Positions 32,625 through 42,392 of a DNA stretch of 64,000 nt are shown here, one piece after another. Under the pieces are notes generated by a model. That model made no database searches and was not told the DNA's origin. It saw only the letters and a list, made by a program, of their open reading frames with translations. The position numbers and the translations under genes are program-made. This DNA is from an uncultured Defluviitaleaceae bacterium (GTDB lineage Bacteria; Bacillota; Clostridia; Lachnospirales; CAYPQA01). Location: assembly GCA_964611385.1 (NCBI GenBank), contig CAZSXS010000004.1, positions 1,782 to 65,781 of the forward strand, written 5' to 3'. The stretch's first letter is position 1; the number at the start of each line of letters is the position of its first letter.

Positions 32625-32651
32625 ACGAATTAAATTTGTCTACATATTATA
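32625..32651 (+). promoter_or_regulatory. Possible sigma-K-type promoter of dpaAB
   Basis: AC (32625-26), 16 nt, then CATATTATA (32643-51) fits AC-N16/17-CATAnnnTA. spoVF/dpaAB is sigma-K dependent in Bacillus. This rests on the motif match only. Confidence 0.3.
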
Positions 32652-32684
32652 ATGCATAGAAGAATTAAAAGGCTGGGTGGTACT

Positions 32685-33545
32685 ATGCGAAAATGTTTTG
32701 CGGTCATTGCTGGTGACAGGCGAAATATTTGTTTGGCTAAAGCTTTACGTGATGACGGACATATGGTAAAAATGTACGGCTTTTCGTTTTATGATAAAGA
32801 AGTAGTCGAGGAGGAAGAAAGCCTATTTTCGGCGATTACAGGGGCAGATTGTGTCATCGGAGGAATCCCCACCAGTAATGATGGGATCAGCTTGAACGCA
32901 CCCTTTAGCCCCACCCCTGTGCTGTGTGATGATGTTTTTCGATTGATCAAGCCTGAGCAGCTCTTTATGGGAGGATACTTTCGGCAGGAGCTGAAAGACC
33001 TGGCCAAAAAGTACGATGTTCAAATCTACGACCTGTTGCAATATGAGTCTCTGTCCATACTCAATGCCATCCCCACGGCAGAGGGGGCTGTGAAGATCGC
33101 CATAGCCGAAACCGATTTTACTATACATGGAAGCAACATTCTAGTAATTGGTTTTGGGCGCATCGGCAAAATGCTCTGCAAAATCCTGAGTTCCTTCTCC
33201 GCTAATATTACTGTGGCTGTCAACACGGAAGAAGCCAGTGCATCAGCCAGAAGCTATGGATACAAGGTCATCTTCAGCGCCAAAATGAAGAGCGAGTTGT
33301 CTGACTTTCACATCATTTTCAATACAGTCCCCAAAATTTTATTGGATAAGCAAAACTTGAAATTCCTGAAAGAAGAAGCATTGATTATTGAGTTGGCTTC
33401 GCCTCCCTATGGCATTGATTATGAAGCCAGTAAGGCCTTAAACATTCGCACGGTCTTTGCGAACTCCTTGCCTGGGATTGTTGCGCCGAAAACAGTTGCT
33501 ACCTATATCAAAGACACCATCTATTCAGTTATAGGGGGAATATAA
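32685..33545 (+). CDS. dpaA: Dipicolinate synthase subunit A
   Basis: Start ATG 32685. Seen: VIAGDRRN...LAKAL, the Rossmann segment LVIGFGRIGK, and direct adjacency to dpaB. Confidence 0.8.
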   Translation: MRKCFAVIAGDRRNICLAKALRDDGHMVKMYGFSFYDKEVVEEEESLFSAITGADCVIGGIPTSNDGISLNAPFSPTPVLCDDVFRLIKPEQLFMGGYFRQELKDLAKKYDVQIYDLLQYESLSILNAIPTAEGAVKIAIAETDFTIHGSNILVIGFGRIGKMLCKILSSFSANITVAVNTEEASASARSYGYKVIFSAKMKSELSDFHIIFNTVPKILLDKQNLKFLKEEALIIELASPPYGIDYEASKALNIRTVFANSLPGIVAPKTVATYIKDTIYSVIGGI

Positions 33546-34127
33546 ATGAAACTGGAAGGTAAAAAAATCGGTTATGCCATCACAGGCTCCTTCTGTACGA
33601 TAGAAACTGCGCTTCAACTCATTACGAACCTGCAAGAGAAGGGTGCGGAGGTTACGGCTATCCTTTCGGATACGGTAGATCGTCTTGATACACGCTTTGC
33701 CAAACAGGATGAGTTAAAAGAAAAACTAAGCCACCTGACCCAGCAGCCACTAATCAACTCTATCGTCAAGGCCGAACCAATCGGCCCCAAACGGCTGTTT
33801 GATTTAGTGATCGTCGCTCCCTGTACAGGGAACACTTTGGCGAAGCTTGCAAACGGCATCACCGATACCTGCGTGACCATGTCGGTCAAGTCCCATATCC
33901 GAAACAACGCGCCGGTTTTGCTGGGCGTTTCTACCAATGACGGCTTGGGAGTTTCGGCCAAAAACATCGGTGAGCTTATGAACATGAAAAATTATTACTT
34001 TATCCCTTTCTTTCAGGATAACCCTGAACAAAAGCCAAAATCTCTTGCCTTTAAAAAAGAGTTGATCGTCGAAGCAGCAGAAGCGGCCCTTTTGGGTAAG
34101 CAAATTCAGCCTGTGATTTCCAGCTGA
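33546..34127 (+). CDS. dpaB: Dipicolinate synthase subunit B (flavoprotein)
   Basis: GYAITGSFCT, IVAPCTGNTLAKLANGITD, and the typical 193-aa length. Confidence 0.85.
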   Translation: MKLEGKKIGYAITGSFCTIETALQLITNLQEKGAEVTAILSDTVDRLDTRFAKQDELKEKLSHLTQQPLINSIVKAEPIGPKRLFDLVIVAPCTGNTLAKLANGITDTCVTMSVKSHIRNNAPVLLGVSTNDGLGVSAKNIGELMNMKNYYFIPFFQDNPEQKPKSLAFKKELIVEAAEAALLGKQIQPVISS

Positions 34128-34738
34128 ACAAAGCTAGACGCCAAGATTTGTTTCCGCTCTAAGATCACACTGTCCCGCTGAAACAACGCCTCCACAAAGC
34201 GAGGCTCATTGAGCCAGTCTTGGATTTCATTTTGATAAAGAATCACCGGCATCCTGTCATGTATGTCCTCCATAAAGCGGTTGGCGCTTCGTGTAAAGAT
34301 CACAAAGCAGTCCCGCAGCTCCTCCCCCGTCCTGTAGGCGTTGTAAATCCCCGCCATGTACAGCACGGGGCTTTCTTTGCAGGTGAACAAAAATTTATCC
34401 TTCGCTTTGCGCTCGTCCTTCTTTTGCCATTCAAAAAAACCAGTAGAAGGAATTACGCAACGCTTACTCCAAAGCGCTGTCTTAAACAGGTTTTTATCTT
34501 TGGTGGTTTCACTCTTGGCATTGATGATCACACCCTTACCGTCCCATTTTGGAAAGCCCCAATTCATAAGCGTAGCCGCCGCCCTTCCCTGCTGGAAAAT
34601 GAGAACCGGAGCCGCATCGGTTGGACACACTTCTCCCGTCTTGACACTTTTCCCTTTCGTTCTGTCATTGATTTCTTCAATGATCCGATTGATTTCATCC
34701 AGGTCTTCTTCTGAATCAAACTGATATCTTCCACACAT
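34106..34738 (-). CDS. SRAP-domain (YedK/HMCES-type) abasic-site processing protein
   Basis: The start is set at ATG 34738 so the protein begins MCGRY (the catalytic Cys2 must follow the initiator Met). FFEW and the family pattern are seen. The 3' end overlaps dpaB by 22 nt. Confidence 0.85.
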   Translation of the reverse strand: MCGRYQFDSEEDLDEINRIIEEINDRTKGKSVKTGEVCPTDAAPVLIFQQGRAAATLMNWGFPKWDGKGVIINAKSETTKDKNLFKTALWSKRCVIPSTGFFEWQKKDERKAKDKFLFTCKESPVLYMAGIYNAYRTGEELRDCFVIFTRSANRFMEDIHDRMPVILYQNEIQDWLNEPRFVEALFQRDSVILERKQILASSFVQLEITG

Positions 34739-34774
34739 GATACTCACTCCATAATTCTTTTTATTGGTATCTTT

Positions 34775-34910
34775 AAAACCGTGGGAGGAAGGAGAAGAAA
34801 ACTTTTTTCAAACGGCGAAAAAAGTTTTCTTCTCCTTCCTCCCCCCCCATCCTCTTCTTTCAAAAAAGCCGGACATAGCGAGGATCAATCCCACCCAAAT
34901 TTTAAAGATC
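34775..34910 (+). repeat. Intergenic repeat family A, copy A3 (with extended right flank module)
   Basis: AAAACCGTGGGAGGAAGGAGAAGAAAACTTTTTTCAAACGGCGAAAAAAGTTTTCTTCTCCTTCCTCCCC...CAAAAAAGCCGGACATAGCGAGGATCAATCCCACCCAAATTTTAAAGATC. Confidence 0.85.
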
Positions 34911-35025
34911 CTTTTTTATTTTTTGTTGAGTGTTTAGGCAGTTTCCGTTATAATACACATAACTTCCGGTCATTCTACTAAGCGTGACCAAACATAGCAG
35001 CTATGCGCTGTTGAAAGGAGCTTTT

Positions 35026-36192
35026 ATGAAAAACAAAGCAAATGAAAAACAGATCACAAAGTACATATTTCTTATAGCAGGCCTTGTACTTGGCATTCTT
35101 TATTTTAGTTATATCTTGAATGCCGTCGGATTGCTGTGGCGTATCGTCTACCCCTTGATTCTTGGCTTTGTGATCGCCTATGTCTTAAATATCCCCATGA
35201 AAAAAATCGAAAGCCTCTACTTCCCCAGGAGCAAAAGTAAGCTGGTGAAGAAATCCAGGCGGGCTGTAAGTCTGCTGTTGTCCGTTGCGCTGATTCTGTT
35301 GGTTCTGCTGCTGGTGTTGTTGATCGTCCTACCTGAAATCGGGAAAACCTTTGCCGTCCTTGCTTCGGCCTTTCCGGGCTTTATTGACCGCATCAATTCT
35401 TGGATACAGGAAAACAAACAGCATGTTCCAGCCATTGCCGACTGGATCAGTGAAATCAAAATTGATTGGCAAAGCCTTGTGAGAAGCGTTGCCAATTATA
35501 CGACAAAAGGAATCAGCAGTATTTTCAATTCCTCTATCAATCTGATTTCGGTGTTTACATCCGGCATTTTCGATCTGCTCATGTCCCTGGCCTTTGCCAT
35601 TTATCTTCTATCTGGAAAGGAAACCTTGCTCGCTCAGCTCAAACGGGTACAACAAGCTTTTATGCAAGAGAGGGTTTCCCTAAAGCTCAATCAATACCTG
35701 GCTGTTGCCAATGAATCCTTTACCAACTTTATCTCTGGACAATGCATCGAAGCCCTTGTTCTCGGCTCCCTCTGTTCTGCGGGCATGTGGATCTTCCGCT
35801 TCCCTCATTTCATGACAGTTGGGGTCTTCATAGGCGTAACCGCACTGATTCCTGTAGTGGGCGCTTACCTGGGGGCAGGGGTCGGAGTCTTTTTGATCCT
35901 TATGGTTGATCCCTTGAAGGCTATCTGGTTTTTGGTCTTTATTTGCATCTTGCAGCAGCTGGAAAACAATTTGATTTACCCCCGTATAGTCGGAACCTCT
36001 ATCGGACTGCCGGGTATTTGGGTGCTGATCACGGTGGTGATTGGCGGCGGCCTTGGGGGCGTGATTGGTATGCTGCTTAGTGTGCCGGTTGCGGCTACAC
36101 TTTACAAGCTCCTGCAAATGGCCACAAGAGAGCGCTTGGCGCTGCAAAGCAAAGTGAGTAAGGAAGGAAGCACGAAACATGAAAATCATTAA
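35026..36192 (+). CDS. AI-2E (PerM/YhhT) family transporter
   Basis: Start ATG 35026 (GAAAGGAG RBS). Eight hydrophobic segments and the LENNLIYPRIVG family motif. Confidence 0.8.
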   Translation: MKNKANEKQITKYIFLIAGLVLGILYFSYILNAVGLLWRIVYPLILGFVIAYVLNIPMKKIESLYFPRSKSKLVKKSRRAVSLLLSVALILLVLLLVLLIVLPEIGKTFAVLASAFPGFIDRINSWIQENKQHVPAIADWISEIKIDWQSLVRSVANYTTKGISSIFNSSINLISVFTSGIFDLLMSLAFAIYLLSGKETLLAQLKRVQQAFMQERVSLKLNQYLAVANESFTNFISGQCIEALVLGSLCSAGMWIFRFPHFMTVGVFIGVTALIPVVGAYLGAGVGVFLILMVDPLKAIWFLVFICILQQLENNLIYPRIVGTSIGLPGIWVLITVVIGGGLGGVIGMLLSVPVAATLYKLLQMATRERLALQSKVSKEGSTKHENH

Positions 36193-37708
36193 GATTCTAT
36201 GCGGCAGAATGTTTATAACTGCTACCCTGATCCTAATTCAACTCGCATGGTTTCTTGTGTTTTGGATGCGCTTGACCCGTTATTCACCTTTCATCAGTTT
36301 GCTGTTTACGATTTTAAGTCTTTCTATGGTTTTGTATCTCATCGTCAAAGACGACAACCCTTCCTTTAAAATGGGCTGGATTATCGTCCTCATGGCTTTA
36401 CCGCTACTGGGAGGCCTATTGTATTTCTTCTTTGGCACCAAAAGACCCTACAAAAAGCTGAGTAGAACCATCGCCGCCTCCCACGAAAACTTCTTACCCT
36501 ATCTAAAGCCCAACAAGGATCTGGAAAACGAAATAGCAAACAGAAACGAAAGGGCAGCTGGGAGTATTTCTTACTTGCAGCAGAGCTGTTCCAGTCCGGT
36601 ATGGGAAAACACACAGACCCATTATTATCCCCTTGGCGAAGAAATGTATGCTGAAATGCTGGCAGAGCTTGAAAAAGCCCAGGAATTTATTTTCATGGAG
36701 TATTTTATTATCGAAGAGGGCGAAATGTGGAAGGGGATCCATGATATTCTAAAGAAAAAGGCAGCTCAGGGCTTGGATGTCCGCTTACTGTACGACGATA
36801 TGGGCTGCCTGAATCTCCTTCCCCAAAGTTTTGCTAAAGATATGGAGAAGCAAGGCATTCAGTGTATGCCTTTTAATCCTTTTGTTCCCTTTTTGTCCCT
36901 GGCAATGAACAACCGTGACCACAGAAAAATCACGGTCATAGACGGCAAGGTAGCCTTTACGGGTGGTATCAACATTGCTGACGAATATATCAATGCAAAG
37001 AGTAAACTTGGGCATTGGAAGGACACGGGCATCAAGATGACAGGGGATGCTGTTTTGAATTTCACCCTTATGTTCCTAGAGATGTGGAACGCATTCCGAA
37101 AGACGGACAAGGATTTGGGAAAGTTTCTGCACAGAAATCCAGAATCGAAGCCCCAGGAAAGTGACGGCTTTGTATTGCCTTTCGGAGATTCTCCCTTGGA
37201 TAACGAAACCCTCAGCCAAAACCTCTACAACGATCTCTTAAACCAAGCCAAGCGCTATGTTTACATCTTTACGCCCTATTTGATTATCGACGACGAAATG
37301 CAAAACGCCCTACGCTTTGCCGCAAAAAGAGGAGTAGACGTCCGTCTGGTTACCCCCGGCATTCCGGACAAAAAAATAGTCTATCGAATGACCCGCTCCT
37401 TCTATCAAGGCTTACTGTCCAAGGGCGTAAGAATCTACGAATACACACCAGGCTTTCTTCATGCCAAAAGCTATGTCTGTGACGACGAATTGGCGGTGGT
37501 AGGGACAATTAACATGGATTTCCGCAGCCTGTATCTACATTTTGAATGCGGAACCCTCTTATATAAAACCGCTTCGGTAATGCAATTAAAAAATGATTTT
37601 TTAAAAACCCTAGAGGTTTGCAAAGAGATCAAACTTGAAAACTGTAAACAAGGCTGGTTCTGGAAGATGATAGACAGTATTATCCGGGTATTTGCGCCTC
37701 TGATGTAA
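36179..37708 (+). CDS. cls: Cardiolipin synthase
   Basis: Two N-terminal TMs and two HKD motifs (HRKITVIDG, LHAKSYVCDD). Confidence 0.9.
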   Translation: MKIIKILCGRMFITATLILIQLAWFLVFWMRLTRYSPFISLLFTILSLSMVLYLIVKDDNPSFKMGWIIVLMALPLLGGLLYFFFGTKRPYKKLSRTIAASHENFLPYLKPNKDLENEIANRNERAAGSISYLQQSCSSPVWENTQTHYYPLGEEMYAEMLAELEKAQEFIFMEYFIIEEGEMWKGIHDILKKKAAQGLDVRLLYDDMGCLNLLPQSFAKDMEKQGIQCMPFNPFVPFLSLAMNNRDHRKITVIDGKVAFTGGINIADEYINAKSKLGHWKDTGIKMTGDAVLNFTLMFLEMWNAFRKTDKDLGKFLHRNPESKPQESDGFVLPFGDSPLDNETLSQNLYNDLLNQAKRYVYIFTPYLIIDDEMQNALRFAAKRGVDVRLVTPGIPDKKIVYRMTRSFYQGLLSKGVRIYEYTPGFLHAKSYVCDDELAVVGTINMDFRSLYLHFECGTLLYKTASVMQLKNDFLKTLEVCKEIKLENCKQGWFWKMIDSIIRVFAPLM

Positions 37709-37820
37709 TCTACCATTTAAAGCTTCAGGGGCTTGTCTCATGATAATGTTGTAGAACTGGTGGTATATATTATTGGTAAGGCAGATCCGGCAATCTCGTA
37801 ATTATCTATTCATCTATATC

Positions 37821-37934
37821 TATATATTCGGCAAAGAGTTTCTCAAATTCTCCGTTCGCTCATGAACAGGAAACTTGCCTCTGCAAGTTTCCATTCGCTC
37901 CGGACAATTTGGAAACTCTACTGCCGAATATATA
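37821..37934. repeat. Long imperfect inverted repeat (~55-bp arms, 4-nt loop)
   Basis: TATATATTCGGCAAAGAGTTTCTCAAATTCTCCG...GGAAACTTGC ctct GCAAGTTTCC...CGGACAATTTGGAAACTCTACTGCCGAATATATA, centred at 37879-37882. Confidence 0.75.
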
Positions 37935-37993
37935 TCAGAAGGCGGTTCTGGAGAATACGCTAAAGCTTTTCTAAATATTGTATCCATCCTCTT

Positions 37994-38031
37994 GGGTTGC
38001 CCCTATTTTACATCTGGGGCAGCCCTTTTTT
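37994..38031 (+). terminator. Rho-independent terminator ~290 nt downstream of cls
   Basis: GGGTTGCCCC (37994-38003) pairs with GGGGCAGCCC (38016-25), followed by TTTTTT. Confidence 0.6.
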
Positions 38032-38070
38032 GATGTGTCCTTAATTGACGCTCACATTTGGTTCAAACAC

Positions 38071-38099
38071 TTGCTCAACTTTGCTTTATTGATTATAAT
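38071..38099 (+). promoter_or_regulatory. Candidate sigma-A promoter of the ABC exporter pair
   Basis: TTGCTC, 17-nt spacer, TATAAT. Confidence 0.4.
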
Positions 38100-38133
38100 A
38101 TTTTAAAAGCCTTATCTAGAGAGGAGTCGGCCT

Positions 38134-39972
38134 ATGCAACAAAAAGCACCAAGTCCCAGAGGGATACTCAACAATCTCCAGTATCTTTTCAAATTTATTT
38201 GGGAATGCGACAAGAGCATTTATGGCATCATGGCATTTTACACCCTTCTTACCGCCATTGCTCCATTCATTGGAATCTTTGCACCTAAGTTTCTCATTGA
38301 CGAGCTGATTAAGGGCAAAAGACCAGAAATGCTGATTGGTATCATTGTGGCATTTTTTGTGCTGTCAGCCCTGGTGAGTTACCTGACCCAGTTTTGCTTG
38401 GGGAAGTATTTTCCGAAGAAGTATCGGTTCGCTGCGGTGATGGAAGCAAAGCTGAAAGAAAAATCCATGCGGATGGATTTCAAAAACACCGAAGACCCTA
38501 TGGCCATGGACAAGCTTCATTTTGCAACGGAAGCTATCAGCGCCTGGGGGGAGGGTGTTGCTGAAATTGTGAACCGGACTTTCTTTCTTTTGGGGCGGTT
38601 GATTTCTTTGGTCGGCTATTTATGGATTATCACTGTATTAAACCCCTTGCTCATCCTGTTTTTGGCCGTGAATATGGTTGTTGTTTATTTTGTTACTGAA
38701 CACGCCAAGAAAGAACAGCTAAAGGTGGGAAAGACCATTTCTGCTAAGGAGCGCAGAGGCAGTTATATCGGAAAAGTAATGTACGATTTTGAATACGGGA
38801 AGGATATCCGAATTTACAATTTGGGCGAATATTTGGCGAATAAGTACTGGTTTTACAAGAAGCCTCGGGTGGACTTGTACAAGGACTACTGTGCAAAGAA
38901 TTTTTTAACTGCTTTGGTGGATGGATTGATTATGATACTTAGAGAAGGACTGGTTTATGCCTACCTAATCTATAAGTTTTTTACAGAAGGCATGAGCCTT
39001 GGAGATTTTTCGATGTATTTTTCCTCTGTGGTTAACTTTACCGACACCATGAAAAACAGTATCGCCACCCTATTGGAAATCCGGGTTCAATCCCAATACG
39101 TGGATGCGTACCGTGAATATCTGGAGCAGGAAGATGAACAAGCCACTCCAAATCCCAAGCAGATTCCAAAGGATCATACATATGAGATTGATTTTGAAAA
39201 CATAAGTTTCCGGTATCCTCATGGTCAAAAGGATATATTTACCAATTTGAACCTAAAAATTAAGAAAGGGCAAAAGCTAGCCATCGTCGGAGTGAACGGG
39301 GCAGGAAAAACCACTCTGGTAAAGCTGCTTACCCGCTTATACGAGCCCACAGGGGGCCGAATCCTGTTAAACGGAACGGACATTCGGGAGTTTGGTCGGG
39401 AGGCGTACTGGGGGATCTTTTCTGTAGTTTTTCAGGAAATCAAGATTTTTGCCTTATCCGTGGCAGAGAATGTAGCCCTTGCCTTGGGTGGACAGGTAGA
39501 CCGGGAGCGGGTTACTTGTTGTTTAAAAGAAGCGGGGATTTGGGAGAAGGTATCCACCCTAGAAAAGGGCATAGACACAAGCCTCTTAAAAACCTTTGAT
39601 GAAAACGGCGTCGTTTTCTCAGGCGGTCAAAGCCAAAAAATCGCTCTGGCCAGAGCCTTATATAAGGACGGCCCTGTTGTCATTCTGGATGAGCCAACAG
39701 CTGCCTTAGATGCACTTGCAGAGCAGGAAATTTATGAGAAGTTTAATAGCCTGGTGAAAGACAAGACCGCAATCTATATTTCCCACCGATTGGCTAGCAC
39801 CCGCTTTTGCGATGTGATTGCATTTTTTGAAAATGGGCAGTTGATTGAATATGGTACCCACACCGAGTTGATGACCAAAAACGGCAGGTATGCAGAGATG
39901 TTCCGTTTACAGGCCCACTACTATTCAGAAGAGGCTGCTCAGAGCGACCAAGGGCGGGAGGGATTGGCATGA
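38134..39972 (+). CDS. ABC exporter, fused permease/ATPase half-transporter (type I exporter fold)
   Basis: Six-TM N-terminal half, then Walker A GVNGAGKTT, signature FSGGQSQKIALARAL, and Walker B VVILDEPTAALD. Confidence 0.85.
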   Translation: MQQKAPSPRGILNNLQYLFKFIWECDKSIYGIMAFYTLLTAIAPFIGIFAPKFLIDELIKGKRPEMLIGIIVAFFVLSALVSYLTQFCLGKYFPKKYRFAAVMEAKLKEKSMRMDFKNTEDPMAMDKLHFATEAISAWGEGVAEIVNRTFFLLGRLISLVGYLWIITVLNPLLILFLAVNMVVVYFVTEHAKKEQLKVGKTISAKERRGSYIGKVMYDFEYGKDIRIYNLGEYLANKYWFYKKPRVDLYKDYCAKNFLTALVDGLIMILREGLVYAYLIYKFFTEGMSLGDFSMYFSSVVNFTDTMKNSIATLLEIRVQSQYVDAYREYLEQEDEQATPNPKQIPKDHTYEIDFENISFRYPHGQKDIFTNLNLKIKKGQKLAIVGVNGAGKTTLVKLLTRLYEPTGGRILLNGTDIREFGREAYWGIFSVVFQEIKIFALSVAENVALALGGQVDRERVTCCLKEAGIWEKVSTLEKGIDTSLLKTFDENGVVFSGGQSQKIALARALYKDGPVVILDEPTAALDALAEQEIYEKFNSLVKDKTAIYISHRLASTRFCDVIAFFENGQLIEYGTHTELMTKNGRYAEMFRLQAHYYSEEAAQSDQGREGLA

Positions 39973-41779
39973 ATAAGATGAAAGCACTTTACAAGCTCAC
40001 TTTAGAGGAGTTCGGGATCATTCTCAAGTTTTTGAAGCAGGCCCAAAAGCTCTCTACCCCGGCTGTATAGCAAACATCATTCTTTCAGCTGCAATCGGAG
40101 CCATTGTCCCTTTTATTAACGTCATTTTGCCTAAGTTCATCATTGATGGCTTATCAGCTAGAAGAAGTCCGCAGTATTTTATCATTGTTGTCAGCGCCGC
40201 CGTTTTAGTTAACGGACTTTTAACCATCATAAACGCCTGGATGAGTCAAGTCATCGGACGCTACAAAGGCATGATGCTGAAAGAGCACTTCATCCTCCAT
40301 TTGGGCAAGAAGATTATGAATATGGACTTTGAAGATCTGGAGGATCCCCAAATTCTGGATCAGCGGGAAAAGGCCGTGGATACAGTGAATGACCGTGGGA
40401 GCGTATGGGGCCTGATTGGCTCCATTACCTTTGCTTGCACGCAGTTCGTAACCCTAGCCGGATTTATTGTCTTACTTACAACCTTAAGCCCCCTGCTGGT
40501 GCTGTTTATCATCTTGATCATTGTGGCTAACATGCGGCTATACAAAAATTCACAAAAGATTGAGTTTGAATTTAATCAGAAGCTTACGGTGATTGGTCGT
40601 GAACATACTTATTACAAGCAACTGACCAGTGATTTTACCATGGGAAAAGATGTGCGGATTTATAAAATCCGAGATTTGATTATGGACAAAATCAATTCAT
40701 TTTATAAGGCTAGCTTTGACATCATTCGGAAGCAGTTTCGCACTGTCAAGCATTATGACGGGATCATCAACGTAAACACCCAGGTACAGTCTGCCATTGT
40801 TTACGCTTACATGACCTTCATGGTACTGGTTAAAGGAATGACCATTGGAAACTTTAGTATGTACGTGGGCGCAGCTAATGGTTTTTCTAGTACGCTGTCG
40901 AACCTGTTGAGCAGTCTTGTTTGGCTTCGCCAGCTTTCCACGTATTTGGAAAAGTACATGGAATTCGACGAAATCCCCAGTCGAAGTACCAAAGAGGGCT
41001 TGGAAACCGAAGGCATTCGGGATTGTGAGATCGAGTTTTGCAATGTTTCCTTTAAGTATCCCAAGGGCAGCGACTATGTACTTAAAAATGTTTCCATCAA
41101 AATCAGCAAGGGCAAGAAGCTTTCTGTTGTTGGGATGAACGGTTCCGGCAAGACCACCTTTATTAAGCTCTTGGCAAGGCTCTATGAGCCGGACGAGGGA
41201 GAAATTCGAATCAATGGCACCAACATCAAGGAATACCGATATGAGGATTACCAAAAGCTATTATCCATCGTCTTCCAGGACTTCAAGCTTCTGGCCTTTT
41301 CCATTAAGGAAAACGTTACTCTAAAGGACGAAAGCACGGATGATGCAGGCGTTACAGAAGCCTTGCAAAAGGCAGGACTCTGGGAAGATGTACAAAAGCT
41401 CTCCCAAGGCATCAACACCTACATTTATAAAGTTTATGAGCAAGACGGAATTGAATTTTCCGGTGGCCAAGGGCAAAAGCTAGCTTTAGCCAGGGCCATT
41501 TACAAAAATTCACCCATCGTCATTCTGGATGAGCCAACCGCTGCTCTGGACCCTATTGCAGAGTTTGAAGTCTATAAAAATTTCAATGAAATCGTTGGAG
41601 ACAAGACTGCCATCTATATTTCTCATCGCTTATCTTCTTGCCGTTTTTGTGATGACATTGCCGTTTTTCACAACGGGCAGCTTATACAAAGAGGGAATCA
41701 TAACGCACTGATTGGGGATGAGAAGGGAAAATACTACGAGCTTTGGAATGCCCAAGCACAGTATTATACAGAAAGTTGA
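39969..41779 (+). pseudogene. Second ABC exporter half-transporter, interrupted by a frameshift ~90 nt into the gene
   Basis: ATG 39969 overlaps the upstream stop (ATGA) and reads MNKMKALYKLTLEEFGIILKFLKQAQKLSTPAV then TAG (40068). The -1 frame is open from 39977 and reads ...CIANIILSAAIGAIVPFINVILPKFIIDGL, continuing into the track ORF 40127-41779 (GMNGSGKTT, FSGGQGQKLALARAI, IVILDEPTAALD). Confidence 0.7.
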
Positions 41780-41805
41780 ATCTAAGCCAACATAAAAAAT
41801 CAATG

Positions 41806-41845
41806 ACAGAATCAGGTTGTTCAACGAATCTGATTCTGTTTTTTT
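41806..41845 (+). terminator. Rho-independent terminator after the ABC pair
   Basis: ACAGAATCAG (41806-15) pairs with CTGATTCTGT (41830-39), followed by TTTTTT. Confidence 0.75.
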
Positions 41846-42392
41846 ATCAGTGAACTTTTAAACAATTACGGTAAAAAGGCAGTAAATGACATCAGTTTTA
41901 CTTTAGAACAAGGTGAAGTTTTTGGCTTTTTGGGCCCGAATGGAAACCCTTCTGTACTGCCCCCTCAGTCTGCGGCAAATATTTAATGCAAAGATTATTG
42001 CGTCCTTCGCACTTAGTCAATTTGTATCACTTGTATCCTTTGTCGTTATGACCTTGGTCGTCCAAACAGAAATCCGGCTCATCATCGGGCCTTTAATGCT
42101 TCTGGGACTTAATTGGCTTGTGCTGCTGCTCCTTGTGTCTCCCTCCATTTCGCTGATTGCAATCACACTGATTGTGCGTGGCTCGGCGAAAGCCAAGACA
42201 ATAGAAGAATCTCAGCAGCGTAGTTCCTTCTTGGTTTTACTTATTGTAGTCTTGGTCGTTGGACAATTCAGTGGCATTATGAAAGTCAACATAGGGCTAA
42301 TGCTCGGAATTGGTGTTCTTTGCGCCATCGTGGGGTTACTCCTTCTTCGCCGTTCAGCTGCTAATTTTCATTACGAGCGCTTACTGCAGTGA
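41846..42392 (+). pseudogene. Deletion scar: 5'-truncated ABC ATPase fragment joined out of frame to the C-terminal part of an ABC-2-type permease
   Basis: 41846-41945 reads ISELLNNYGKKAVNDISFTLEQGEVFGFLGPNG, the pre-Walker-A region that stops inside GPNG(AGKS). From ~41940 another frame reads (M)ETLLYCPLSLRQIFNAKIIASF... with 4 TM segments and the ending ...FHYERLLQ, typical of ABC-2 permease C-termini. Confidence 0.55.

Noticed and set aside
40068-40070. The in-frame TAG in the second ABC exporter gene as a possible pyrrolysine or read-through codon. I considered this because the methyltransferase gene content hints at methylotrophic metabolism.
   Set aside because: Reading through TAG in that frame gives nonsense (QTSFFQLQSEPLS...) and a further stop. 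The homologous sequence continues in the -1 frame, so this is a frameshift.
40697-41254. Long antisense or alternative-frame ORFs inside well-supported genes: 40697-41254 (-), 35680-36189 (-), 29208-29705 (-), 29257-29748 (+), 20150-20683 (-), 12520-13065 (+), 4264-4746 (-), 51511-51990 (-) and 47017-47478 (-).
   Set aside because: Each lies wholly within a gene with clear family motifs on the other strand or frame. They lack RBSs and have low-complexity or odd composition. This is the usual shadow-ORF artefact.
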